Positions 1-9,333 of a DNA stretch of 57,857 nt are shown here, one piece after another. Every line of letters begins with the position of its first letter. Position 1 is the stretch's first letter. The stretch is from Lachnospiraceae bacterium (lineage in GTDB: Bacteria; Bacillota; Clostridia; Lachnospirales; Lachnospiraceae). A model generated the notes under the pieces. That model was not told the origin of the DNA, searched no databases, and was given only the letters and a program-made list of their open reading frames with translations. Location: NCBI GenBank assembly GCA_017476765.1, contig JAFUZE010000298.1, forward strand, positions 1-57,857, in the 5' to 3' direction. A program made the position numbers and the translations under genes.

Positions 1-1597
1 AATTTACATCCTCAAAGGTAAGAACCTCCGCCTCATTGGGCTCAACAATGCGGTGTGTCTCTATGCTTTCACTGTCCGCTTCTTCATATTCTTCATACTG
101 TTCCGAATATTCATCATACGACGCAAGCGCATATTCCAGGTCGACCAGCCCGCTGCCGTACTCGTCCGCTTCACCGAGTGCTCTGGCTGTCTCCTCGATC
201 AGACCTTTGATAAAGCGTGCAGATTTACTCTTATCCCTCTGCCATAAAACACTGGCAACTCCGGTGACATGCGGCACTGCCATACTCGTACCCGACACGA
301 CCGTACAAAGCCCGAACATGCTCTCTGCCGGAATCTGCTCTCCCGGTGCAACCAGATCGAGCTGCTCGCCGACTGCGCTTTCCTCTGTTCGGACAGCGCT
401 CGTATCAACAGCTCCCACCGCTATCACTCCGTCAAAAGCTGCCGGATATTCGATGCCTCCTTCTGCGCCGCCGTTTCCTGCTGCCGCAATGAGCAGAATT
501 CCTGCATCCTGCGCATCCTTCACCGCCTGCTCCAGTATGCCGGAACGGACATTGGTTCCGAAGCTCATATTAATCATATCAACCTTCTCATCAATGCACA
601 AGTAGATGGCGTCTACAACTCTGCTCAAGGTCGCCTTGTTCTGCTCATCCAGTATGCGTATCGAATAGATTTCCGCCTGCGGATTGATCTGGCAGATGAT
701 GTCCCCGACTGCCGTTCCGTGTCCTGTCATATCGTTCATATAATAGGGAAGATCCTGCTCTCCCTCTACCATATTGATGCTGTCCGTGACAGGTACCTCC
801 GATATGAGGTCAATGCCGGAATCCAGCACTGCGATACGCACCGTATCCTCCGCCTCCACGGTCACATCATCCGCATGAATCATTTGGATATTCCATTCAT
901 CTTCAAGCAGAAGCTCATCCGTTTTTTTCGTTTCTGTATTGCTCTTTTTATGACCTTTGCTGTTACTTCCGTTATCACTCTTTTGATTGCTTTTATGAGC
1001 AGATTCCTTACCTTGCGTTTTTTCCGATGACGGCTTTGACTTATTTTGCATCTTCGTCGATGATGACTTTTCTTTATCTTGTGTTTTCTCCGATGACGAT
1101 TTTGCCTTCTCCGGCGATGGCTTCTTTTTTTCGTTGCTTCCGGAGGCAGTCAGCTCAATGTTTTTCTCGATGAGGATGCCACCCTCCTCCGACCGGGAAA
1201 GCTCCGTCGCCTGCTCAGAGGTCAGATCTGCGACAAACAGTGCTGCCTGCCCACTGTCCTGCGCAATCTCCTGTGTACCGTCAAGCTCCTTTACCTCTTC
1301 CACAATTTCCGCATTGTCGTCGGGCTCCTGAATATAGATCACATACTCTCCGTCTGTATATGATTCCACGGGTTCCTCGGCAAGAAGATCGTCATTATCC
1401 GGACCACTCCCATCCGCATCATTAACTGTGCTGCCTGCATCGTATTCCTGCTCAAAGGTATTGTCTGAAACAGTATTTGCCGAAATGGTAGCCTGTGTGT
1501 ACACTGCATCCTTTGCATACACTGCATCTGTCGATGACAATACAATACTGCCTGCTAAAAACAGTGCAAGTCCCCTGCACTTTCTTTTGTGTCTCAT
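1..1597 (-). CDS. Secreted S8 (subtilisin-like) serine peptidase; C-terminus lies beyond the window start
   Basis: Minus-strand frame is open from ATG 1597 to position 1. It is absent from the ORF track because there is no stop in the window. AGGAGAG RBS precedes the start. Signal peptide MRHKRKCRGLALFLAGSIVLSSTDAVYA, then a K/S/E-rich linker (EKKKPSPEKAKSSSEKT). Catalytic triad motifs read directly: AVLDSGID (Asp), HGTAVGD (His), SGTSMAVPHVTG (Ser; Met codon 281-283 is in frame with 1597). Confidence 0.9.
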   Translation of the reverse strand, partial: MRHKRKCRGLALFLAGSIVLSSTDAVYAKDAVYTQATISANTVSDNTFEQEYDAGSTVNDADGSGPDNDDLLAEEPVESYTDGEYVIYIQEPDDNAEIVEEVKELDGTQEIAQDSGQAALFVADLTSEQATELSRSEEGGILIEKNIELTASGSNEKKKPSPEKAKSSSEKTQDKEKSSSTKMQNKSKPSSEKTQGKESAHKSNQKSDNGSNSKGHKKSNTETKKTDELLLEDEWNIQMIHADDVTVEAEDTVRIAVLDSGIDLISEVPVTDSINMVEGEQDLPYYMNDMTGHGTAVGDIICQINPQAEIYSIRILDEQNKATLSRVVDAIYLCIDEKVDMINMSFGTNVRSGILEQAVKDAQDAGILLIAAAGNGGAEGGIEYPAAFDGVIAVGAVDTSAVRTEESAVGEQLDLVAPGEQIPAESMFGLCTVVSGTSMAVPHVTGVASVLWQRDKSKSARFIKGLIEETARALGEADEYGSGLVDLEYALASYDEYSEQYEEYEEADSESIETHRIVEPNEAEVLTFEDVN

Positions 1598-1753
1598 ATT
1601 TTTCTCTCCTGTTTGCTGATTTTTGTTATTTCTTTTCAACTAAACTATCATATCTGTTATTATTTGTCAATTTTATCGTCATATATTTTTAGCGTCAAAT
1701 ATGTCTACCTTTCGCATCTTTTTATCTATTATATCGTTCATCCATATTTTTCA

Positions 1754-1794
1754 CAAAAAAAGCCCGCATCGAAAAGCTTTCTCTTCTGATGCGG
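1754..1794 (-). terminator. Rho-independent terminator
   Basis: Minus-strand reading gives CCGCATC-loop-GATGCGG followed by an 8-nt T run (A run 1754-1761 on the plus strand). It lies downstream of the LRR protein gene. Confidence 0.7.
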
Positions 1795-1840
1795 AGTTTA
1801 TCAAACCTGTGCTCGTTTTTTCTTGTGCTTATTTTTCGTG

Positions 1841-1878
1841 AAAATGCAGTCCCCGGACATCTGTCCAAAGACTGCATC
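1841..1878 (-). terminator. Candidate stem-loop terminator just after the LRR protein gene
   Basis: ATGCAGTC ... GACTGCAT 8-bp stem with inner GGACA/TGTCC pairing, followed by TTTTCAC on the minus strand. Confidence 0.5.
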
Positions 1879-1920
1879 TTCTGTTCTATATGGTGATCCC
1901 CCTGAATCCCCGGCAAAGCC

Positions 1921-4419
1921 TTATGCCTTCTTAATCTTTACCTTTGAAGAAAGTCCTGCCTTCTTCAGTTCTTTTTTGTACTTCGCAAATTTTGACTTCG
2001 GCACTTTGATCGTCGCCTTATCGCTGATTCCCTTAAATGCACCCTTGCCGAAGCTCTTGATCTTCGTGCTCTTGATCGTAATGGTCTTTAAGTTCTTACA
2101 GCCGTTAAACGCATTCTTGCCGACGGTTGTCACATTCTTGCCAACCGATACGCTCTTAAGCTTCTTAGCTCCCTGGAACGCACCGCTTCCGATCGTCTTG
2201 ACACTGTCACCCTTTACGGTAACGGTCGTTAAGCTCGTGCAGTTCTTAAAGGCATTGTTTCCGATTGTCGTCACATTCTTACCGATCGTGACCTTCTTAA
2301 GCTTTTTAGCTCCCTGGAAGGCGCTGCTTCCGATCGTCTCAACGTTTTTGCCGACAGTTACGGTCGTGACGTTTTTTGCATTCTTGAATGCACCGTTTGC
2401 GATGGAGGTCACCTTTGCCTCGGTTCCGTCTGCCAGCGTTACCGTCTCCGGAATCGTGACCGTCTTTGCGCTCTTCTTATTTGTAGAAACATACTGTACC
2501 TCGACATCGCCGTCCTCTGTGGATGTCACCTTGTAATCTGCCGCTCCGGTGCTGTCCGTTTCCTTTGTGCCCACATCCGGTACGTCAAGCTTTGCGATCG
2601 CTTCCGTCCTGGTTGCTCCGCAGACCGTACAGGTATAGGTTTTAACACCCTCTGCACTTGCCGTCGCCTCTTTCGTCACAACACCTGCGTTCCAGGTATG
2701 TGCCGCGCTCTGTGCCTTCTCACCGCATACCGTACATTCCTTCCAGTGATTTGCAGTATCATACTTCCAGGTATTCGGGTAAATGTGTGTGTGTGCTTTC
2801 TTAAACTCAATATAGCACCAGAACCTGACGCAACCGTCGTCGTTGCTCCACTGTTCATCATATTTGAATGAAATCGGGAAGGTCACCGTCTTGTCGGTAT
2901 ATGCGGTTGCCGCCTGCAGCGGATTCGTTTCCATTTCCACATAATTTTGAAGTATGGTCACCTTTGCGCTCTTGCCCTCATAGCCCGCCGGAATCTGAAT
3001 TGTGAGCGTTCCGTTTTGGGCGATATCCGGATTATGCGTATGCTCCGCAGAGTTCACCAACGCAATAATGTCGTATGACAGTAAAATATCGTATCCGTTT
3101 TCTATAAACACATAATCCTTGAACGGATCCTCGTAGCCCGGATCAGACTGTCCCTGCTCCTGTTCGCTACTGTTCATATATCCCTCAAGAACCGTAGCCG
3201 ACGCACTCCTTGTCGTCTCATCCACATAGAAATCAAATTTTTCCTCCGTGTTCAGGGTTAAGGATGTACCGACATTCACCTGTGTACTCTGCGACTCACT
3301 GCCGTAATAGCCCTGATAAAATTCCAGCGGCACCCTCACGCTGTTCGTATAAGTCATTGCCATCTTGCTGTCAACGGAAAAGTTCACTGCAAGGGCACTA
3401 TCGTTATCATACGGAAGGCTGACCTCAAACGTTACCGTATCTGCCGTTGCGGTTTTTGCAGGGATGCCTTCGTCCTCCCCCTCGAATGTCAGGACGCACT
3501 TGTTTCCGTCATATCCCGATGCCAGCGGGAGCGTCAATGTGCCTTTGCGCGGCTGTGTGTTCCCTTCCTCATCATAATAATCGAGCGGTATCTGCAGACT
3601 GTACTTGCTTCTGTTCTGAAATCCCGACGGAACATCGTATGCGTTGTTATTTGTCAGACGTACATAGGCGGAACTATACTCGCTGATATACTGATCATTT
3701 ACAAACAGCGCACTCTCCGGCTGAAAGACTGCCTTGTTGCCCGAGCTGTCCGGTATATAATCATGTGAATACGCATCATATACGCAGACCGGAAGTGTGA
3801 CCGGTCCTAACCGCTCGGGTGTCACGGCATGCCTTAGGCTGATCGAAAAGTCTGCCGTCAGCCAGCCGTTTTCACCTTTTAACGTAATCGGATAGCTTGC
3901 CGTACTGTCCGTATGGGCAGACGGTTCGATATCCGCCTCTCCACTGTTCAGCCATGTGATCTTGGAATTTTCCGTACTGTAACCGTCCGGAATCGGAACG
4001 GTGACCGTGCCTGCACACTGTGTCATTTCCTTATCGGTAACGGCAATTCTGACATTATACTGTAAGCTTCTGTAGATGACAGAAGTATCGTCCAGCCTCA
4101 GCCTTGCAACACCATTCTCACTTACTGTAAGCTCCTCTCCGTCATCCGGCACAAACAGACCGGTCGCTCCGTCAACGGGTGCATCTCTGACGAGCTTGAC
4201 CTCATACTCCTGCGTATCACCGTTTTCATCCGTGTAGCTCTCCGTTTTTGTGCCGTATACCTCCGGCTTATACACCGAAAGCTCAATGCCGTTCCCATCA
4301 CCTGCTGCCGCCTGCGCGCTTAATGCAGTCGCCGGCAAAAGGGTGATAACCATGCACAGACAGAGCATCCATGCATTCACCTTGCGTATGAAATTGTTTT
4401 GTTTAAACCTTTCCATCAT
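1921..4419 (-). CDS. Cell-surface protein with repeated beta-rich modules and C-terminal BspA-type leucine-rich repeats
   Basis: 832-aa ORF with GGAGGAGG RBS. Signal peptide ...LLPATALSAQA. Several ~130-aa modules share GT(L/V)T(I/V/L)P(I/L)xxGY (TVTVPIPDGYS, TLTLPLASGYD, TLTIQIPAGYE). A Cys-containing segment reads HWKECTVCGEK...TYTCTVCGATRTE. About eight LRR units follow, such as VTIGKNVTTIGNNAFKNCTSLTTVTV, then a K-rich tail. Confidence 0.85.
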   Translation of the reverse strand: MMERFKQNNFIRKVNAWMLCLCMVITLLPATALSAQAAAGDGNGIELSVYKPEVYGTKTESYTDENGDTQEYEVKLVRDAPVDGATGLFVPDDGEELTVSENGVARLRLDDTSVIYRSLQYNVRIAVTDKEMTQCAGTVTVPIPDGYSTENSKITWLNSGEADIEPSAHTDSTASYPITLKGENGWLTADFSISLRHAVTPERLGPVTLPVCVYDAYSHDYIPDSSGNKAVFQPESALFVNDQYISEYSSAYVRLTNNNAYDVPSGFQNRSKYSLQIPLDYYDEEGNTQPRKGTLTLPLASGYDGNKCVLTFEGEDEGIPAKTATADTVTFEVSLPYDNDSALAVNFSVDSKMAMTYTNSVRVPLEFYQGYYGSESQSTQVNVGTSLTLNTEEKFDFYVDETTRSASATVLEGYMNSSEQEQGQSDPGYEDPFKDYVFIENGYDILLSYDIIALVNSAEHTHNPDIAQNGTLTIQIPAGYEGKSAKVTILQNYVEMETNPLQAATAYTDKTVTFPISFKYDEQWSNDDGCVRFWCYIEFKKAHTHIYPNTWKYDTANHWKECTVCGEKAQSAAHTWNAGVVTKEATASAEGVKTYTCTVCGATRTEAIAKLDVPDVGTKETDSTGAADYKVTSTEDGDVEVQYVSTNKKSAKTVTIPETVTLADGTEAKVTSIANGAFKNAKNVTTVTVGKNVETIGSSAFQGAKKLKKVTIGKNVTTIGNNAFKNCTSLTTVTVKGDSVKTIGSGAFQGAKKLKSVSVGKNVTTVGKNAFNGCKNLKTITIKSTKIKSFGKGAFKGISDKATIKVPKSKFAKYKKELKKAGLSSKVKIKKA

Positions 4420-4720
4420 TGCGCATCCTCCTCCAAATGCTTTTGATACCTGTATAAAGATAGATACATTTATATTAACGGCATTTGGAATAAAACTTCA
4501 AGGTGTGCCAGCGTTTTGTCATTGCCATTGTGTTGGCACGCATGTTGAAATCGCTCCTATGAACTGCTATACTGATATAAATCAGGATTTTTTATTCGTG
4601 AGGCTGATCGGAATCACGCAGACAGGCAATACGGACAGATATTTTTAAACAGTTCCTAAGACAATTGGCTGCAGTCCGTCAGAATACAGAAAGCGATTGC
4701 AGCAGGAGGGAGAATGCGGC

Positions 4721-6529
4721 ATGGAGTTTGCTAAAAAGGTAGAATACTTACTCGATACACTTGGCGCTTCCGCCAATGACATTGCGCAGTATGCCGGATG
4801 TGACAGGTCAAATATCAGCCGGCTGAAAAGCGGTGCAAGGATTCCCAGACCGGCAAGCCCAACCGTCTCCAAGTTCCTTTCGGGCATTTATGCCTTTGCA
4901 AAGGATCAAAATAAGCTGGATTCGCTCTGTGTCGTCACAGACTGTGAGCCGGGGCTTTCGGCGGAAGCGCTCAGAGAGCATCTTTCCGCATGGCTGTATG
5001 ACGGAATTGTTTTTACCGAAACGAAAAAGAGTCCGGCGAAGAGGGAGACCCTGTTTCGTTCCTTTGGCGAAAAACTCGATGCGGTAATGAATCTGGCAGA
5101 GCTTTCCAACATCCGGCTTGCAAGGCTTGTCAATGTAGATGCGTCCCTGATCAGCCGTTTTCGTAACGGACTGCGTATTCCCAAATCAAATCCCGCACTC
5201 ATTCATCTGATTTCCGAGACGTGTTTTGTGCGCATCTGCGATCAGGGACATCTCGGCAAACTTGCAGCCTTAATGGGCGTTACGGACGATATGCTGGAAA
5301 ACAGCGAGGACGGACTTGAGTGGTTCAGCAGCTGGCTGTGCGATTTTAATCCGGAGGACGGCAGCATCGCCGTTGAGGAGCTGCTTGACCGAATCGACTC
5401 TTTTTCTCTGAGCACGAAAATTCCTCTTATGTCGCTTGAGCAGGCGGCGGATGCCGAAATACGAAAGGACCGGTCGGAGGTCTATTACGGGACGGATGGG
5501 CTGCGCCGTGCGGTAATCCGTTTTTTATCCGATGCGGCAGGCGGGCACGCAAAGGAGCTTTTGCTGTATTCCGATGAGGGGATGGATTGGATGGTCGGTG
5601 ACAGGGATTTTTTAGTTCGATGGCTGTCGCTCATGCATGCATGTATCCGTGCGGGCATCCGAATAAAAATCATTCACAACATCGACCGGGATTTAAAGGA
5701 AATGATCGCTGCCATTAACAGCTGGCTTCCGCTGTATATGTCCGGTTTGATCGAGCCATATTACTGTCAGCGCAAAAATACCGGCATGTTTTCCCATACG
5801 CTTTTCTTATCGCCGGACTTTGCTTGTATCGAAGCATATCAGGTCAGCGGTGCAAAGGCAGACGGAATCTACCACTACTGCACGCAGGAGCAGCAGCTGA
5901 AGAGCTATCGCTCCTTTTATGACAAAATGCTTGACGAATGCAAACCGCTTCTGCGCACAAGCGCCAACCCTCTATCCGGCAAAAAAGCGGCAGAGGTCGG
6001 CGCAGGGCACGGGATACATGTACTGCAGAGCACGTTATCGCTTGCAACGATGCCGGAGGACATTGCTAAGTCCGTTGCCCTGCGCATCCTACCGGATGAC
6101 CAAAGGGCAGCTTTTTTGTCCGAGTGGAAGCTGTCGAGGGAAATTTATGCGGAAAAGATGAAAAACGAGTTTGTTTATGAGTGTATCACAGCTGCAGACG
6201 AGGAGCTCCTGTCTCACAATCAGGCAATGGCGGATACTTCCGTTGCAGATGCCTGTTACACACCGGATGAGTATGCACGCCATATGGAGCATATGCTACG
6301 CCTGTCGGAGCAATACCCGAATTATCGGTTCTATGTATTGCCGGAGACTCTGTTTGCCAATATCAAAATCATCGTCGAGCCTGCGGAGGTCGTTATTGAG
6401 CACCTTGCCGAACCGAGAATTACCTTTACGCTGACGCATCCGCTGATGTGCAGGGCATTTTTATCGTATATGGAGGGCTTACAGACACGGTATCAGCCCG
6501 GTCAAAGTAAGCTCCGGCAAAAGCTGTGA
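4721..6529 (+). CDS. Large transcriptional regulator with two XRE-like HTH segments and an uncharacterised C-terminal domain
   Basis: ATG 4721 has a GGAGGGAG RBS; the track start 4697 is TTG. Two HTH-like segments: NDIAQYAGCDRSNISRLKSGARIP and ARLVNVDASLISRFRNGLRIP. The remaining ~450 aa have no motif I recognise. Confidence 0.7.
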   Translation: MEFAKKVEYLLDTLGASANDIAQYAGCDRSNISRLKSGARIPRPASPTVSKFLSGIYAFAKDQNKLDSLCVVTDCEPGLSAEALREHLSAWLYDGIVFTETKKSPAKRETLFRSFGEKLDAVMNLAELSNIRLARLVNVDASLISRFRNGLRIPKSNPALIHLISETCFVRICDQGHLGKLAALMGVTDDMLENSEDGLEWFSSWLCDFNPEDGSIAVEELLDRIDSFSLSTKIPLMSLEQAADAEIRKDRSEVYYGTDGLRRAVIRFLSDAAGGHAKELLLYSDEGMDWMVGDRDFLVRWLSLMHACIRAGIRIKIIHNIDRDLKEMIAAINSWLPLYMSGLIEPYYCQRKNTGMFSHTLFLSPDFACIEAYQVSGAKADGIYHYCTQEQQLKSYRSFYDKMLDECKPLLRTSANPLSGKKAAEVGAGHGIHVLQSTLSLATMPEDIAKSVALRILPDDQRAAFLSEWKLSREIYAEKMKNEFVYECITAADEELLSHNQAMADTSVADACYTPDEYARHMEHMLRLSEQYPNYRFYVLPETLFANIKIIVEPAEVVIEHLAEPRITFTLTHPLMCRAFLSYMEGLQTRYQPGQSKLRQKL

Positions 6530-6562
6530 AGTTTTTAAAAAAGAAAGCTTAAAGCCTCTTCA

Positions 6563-7807
6563 TTACAGCTTACAGATAAAGGAGATTTCCCCATCCTTCC
6601 ACTCAGCCCTGATTGTGCCGCCGCTCTGCTTACAGATGCTTTCTGCGATGGAGAGTCCGATACCGTAACCGCCTTTATCGATATTGTGGGACTGATCTTC
6701 CCTATAAAAGCGGTCAAAAAAGCGGTTGTAATCCACGTTGGCGCCCTCCGCATACGAATTGGAAACCGCAAGCTGAATGCTCTTTCCCCATTTCATCACA
6801 GAGAGGGACACTCTGATCGTGCCGCCCTCATCGCAGTATTTAATCGCATTGTCCACAAGGATTGTTGTCAGCTGCTGAACCTTACTTCCGTTCAGAATCC
6901 TGTGGATGTCCGGCTCGATCTGCAAAATCAATTTCCGGTCACCCTGCGTTGCAACAGAGCTGAAGGACTGTGCCGATTCCTCTACGAGCTTTGACACATC
7001 CACATCCGTCATGCCGGTCTTATCCTCCTTCTCCTCGGAGCGGGCGATCATAACGAGGTTCTGTATCAGTCCGTTCATATGGTCAACCTGCCGGAGCGTT
7101 GACTGCGACAGCTCGCTCTCACCGTTCATCATCTCCTCTAGCTCCACATTGGCGCGAATCACCGCAAGCGGTGTCTTGAGCTCATGGCTGGCATTTGTGA
7201 TAAACTGTTTCTGCCGCCTGCTGTTTTCGATTTCCGGCTGAATCATTTTTTTGGAAAGGAACCAGACAAGAACAAAGGTGATGACCAGTCCAAGACCACA
7301 GATCATAAGCGTCCAGTAAAACAGTCTCGTGATCGTACTGATTTCCATCGTCCCGTCAACAAACACGACCAGATCACTGCCGTCTGATGTCGTGCCGGTC
7401 TGGTAGTAGTATTGCTCATATGTGCCAAAGGTGCCGTTTTCCTGAAAGACCGTCTCCGCATATTGTATCAGGTCCGCACCGTCATTTTGCGCATCGAGGT
7501 GATTGATGACGGAGGAGACATTCCCCTGCGCATCACAGATACACGAAAAATATTGATAATGCCAGTATTGCGGCTGGAACGCTCCGGAAAAGCTGTTGAT
7601 TCTTCCTATTTCCCGGTCTTCATTCCGCGGTGAGACCTCACCGTCATTTTGCACGATATAATACAGCACCTGCCTGACGAGCTGTATGGATGAAACATAA
7701 TTGGCAAGATTGATCGCATCGCTGATAAAGATCATCGTGATAAACAGGGAGACCATTGAAATGGAAATGAACTTCATTCTCAATTTTCGAATCGCATCCG
7801 CATTCAT
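6563..7807 (-). CDS. Sensor histidine kinase (two TM segments, HisKA + HATPase_c)
   Basis: H-box FITNASHELKTPLAVIRANVE; N/G boxes (DNAIKY, DKGGYGIGLSI). N-terminal TM segment, periplasmic-type loop, second TM segment. Confidence 0.9.
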   Translation of the reverse strand: MNADAIRKLRMKFISISMVSLFITMIFISDAINLANYVSSIQLVRQVLYYIVQNDGEVSPRNEDREIGRINSFSGAFQPQYWHYQYFSCICDAQGNVSSVINHLDAQNDGADLIQYAETVFQENGTFGTYEQYYYQTGTTSDGSDLVVFVDGTMEISTITRLFYWTLMICGLGLVITFVLVWFLSKKMIQPEIENSRRQKQFITNASHELKTPLAVIRANVELEEMMNGESELSQSTLRQVDHMNGLIQNLVMIARSEEKEDKTGMTDVDVSKLVEESAQSFSSVATQGDRKLILQIEPDIHRILNGSKVQQLTTILVDNAIKYCDEGGTIRVSLSVMKWGKSIQLAVSNSYAEGANVDYNRFFDRFYREDQSHNIDKGGYGIGLSIAESICKQSGGTIRAEWKDGEISFICKL

Positions 7808-7823
7808 ATCCGCACCTCCGCAT

Positions 7824-8495
7824 TTATGCTGTAAGAATCAGACGGAACTCCCCGCCCTTATCACCCGTGATCTGCACCGAAGAGCCGATCGCACGAAGCT
7901 TTCCTTTTAAATAGGAAATATAGAGCCACACCGTATCCTCCTGCGCATCCGGCTCACCGCCCCACACATGTCCCAGGAGATATTCAGTGGCAAGGAGCTT
8001 GTCTGCATTTGCCATCAGCGTCTGCATCAGCTCAAACTCCTTGATCGAGAGCCGCACGGAATTGCTTGCCGTGAGTGCAAAATCCTCGGCATTTAATGTA
8101 ATATCGCCGAACTGCATCTGCTTTTCATTGTAATCCCCGCGTCTGCGGATCATCGAGCGTATGCGCGCAAGCAGCTCCTTGATCGCAAAGGGCTTTGCCA
8201 GATAATCGTCCGCACCGGCATCCAGACCGGCGACCCGGTCGTCCACCTCCGCCTTTGCCGTGAGCAGCAGAACCGGCGTAAGAATATGCCGTCTCCGGAT
8301 TTCCGTGAGCACCTCAATTCCATCCTTCTTCGGCATCATGATATCAAGTATGATGCCGTCGTAGCTGCTTTTTTCTATCAGATCGAGAGCTTCCTGTCCA
8401 TCGTATACCGAGTCGACCTCATAGTTCTCATGCTCAAGAACCATTGTGACCGTTCTGTTCAAATCCCTCGTATCTTCCGCTAATAAAAGTTTCAT
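7824..8495 (-). CDS. OmpR-family response regulator
   Basis: MKLLLAEDTRDL receiver domain (DGIILDIMMPKKDG, LLLTAK) plus winged-helix C-terminus (LTASNSVRLSIKEFELMQTL...). ATG 8495 is preferred over the TTG at 8519. Confidence 0.9.
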   Translation of the reverse strand: MKLLLAEDTRDLNRTVTMVLEHENYEVDSVYDGQEALDLIEKSSYDGIILDIMMPKKDGIEVLTEIRRRHILTPVLLLTAKAEVDDRVAGLDAGADDYLAKPFAIKELLARIRSMIRRRGDYNEKQMQFGDITLNAEDFALTASNSVRLSIKEFELMQTLMANADKLLATEYLLGHVWGGEPDAQEDTVWLYISYLKGKLRAIGSSVQITGDKGGEFRLILTA

Positions 8496-8505
8496 TTTGG
8501 TTACG

Positions 8506-9111
8506 TTACGCCTCCTCAAAAATCATGTCCCGGATCGTCTGCATAGAAACATCGGTTGATGCCAGCTCATCCGCACACCGCTTGAGCTCCCTGACAATCA
8601 GCTGCTCATTTCCGCTGACTGTTTTCTTATATTTTAGATGATGCTCCAGCGCCGCCCATGTGTCCATCGATATCGTCCGCAGCTGAATCTCGAGATAATA
8701 GCCGGTCTGCGTCTTTAAGATCATATGATAGCTGCGGTATCCGTTCGGCTTCGCATTCCGGATATAATCCTTCTCCTCCACGATCTCCAGATCCTCCGCC
8801 TCTGCCAGATAATCCCGAATCATATAAACGTCGCTGACAAACGCACATACGATTCGAAAACCGATCGCATCATGGATTTCAAACAGTGCACTTTCCGGTG
8901 TTTGGGCAAGCCCCTTTCGGACGCACTTCTCCCGCATGCTCTCCTCCGATTTGATTCTCGAGAGGCAGTGCTCTACGGGATCCATTCCCCTCTGCTGCTT
9001 CATGCTCTCCCGAAGCAGGTCGATGCGCTTCTCCATATCCTCTATAATCCGGACGAGCATCGGCAAATGCTCCCCGTATATGCTAAGTTCCTTTTCCGCC
9101 GTTTCTTCCAT
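8506..9111 (-). CDS. Small alarmone synthetase (RelA/SpoT-domain GTP pyrophosphokinase, RelP/RelQ-like)
   Basis: 201 aa, single synthetase domain: SRIKSEESMREKCVRKG, DAIGFRIVCAF, YRSYHMIL, LEIQLRTISMDTWAALEHHLKYK. No hydrolase domain. Confidence 0.85.
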   Translation of the reverse strand: MEETAEKELSIYGEHLPMLVRIIEDMEKRIDLLRESMKQQRGMDPVEHCLSRIKSEESMREKCVRKGLAQTPESALFEIHDAIGFRIVCAFVSDVYMIRDYLAEAEDLEIVEEKDYIRNAKPNGYRSYHMILKTQTGYYLEIQLRTISMDTWAALEHHLKYKKTVSGNEQLIVRELKRCADELASTDVSMQTIRDMIFEEA

Positions 9112-9145
9112 CGTCTATGAATCAGCCTCCTGCACTAAAGTTGCA

Positions 9146-9273
9146 AATCTAAGGAAACGCTGATTAAATCAGCTTTTCCTTAGATTGCTCCGCATGGATG
9201 CGCAGAAATTCGCTGTGGAAAGGCACTTTGTGCCTGCGAATTTCGCGCGGGAAACACTTAATCAGTGTTTCCC
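9146..9273. repeat. Three consecutive near-perfect stem-loops; the outer two are related palindromic elements
   Basis: Hairpin A 9146-9186 (AATCTAAGGAAA.GCTGATT / AATCAGC.TTTCCTTAGATT). Hairpin B 9201-9247 (GAAATTCGC...AGGCAC TTT GTGCCT...GCGAATTTC). Hairpin C 9249-9273 (GGGAAACACT taatc AGTGTTTCCC). A and C share a ~20-nt motif, ATCT(A/T)AGG(G)AAAC(G/A)CTGATTAA. Confidence 0.6.
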
Positions 9274-9333
9274 TAAGATATTTCTGTATTTTCCATGCAC
9301 TCGTTCGTATCGTACATGCTTTTTCCTTTTTCG

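Noticed and set aside
4431-4488. Inverted repeat CCAAATGC...GCATTTGG upstream of the LRR surface protein gene as a possible invertible promoter
   Set aside because: The arms are only 8 bp and 42 nt apart, with no nearby recombinase. It is too small for an inverton.
9146-9280. Possible (p)ppGpp/PRPP (ykkC-type) riboswitch upstream of the alarmone synthetase
   Set aside because: I could not find the conserved ykkC-type core sequences. The hairpins are near-perfect palindromes, which is more typical of repeat elements than of riboswitch aptamers.
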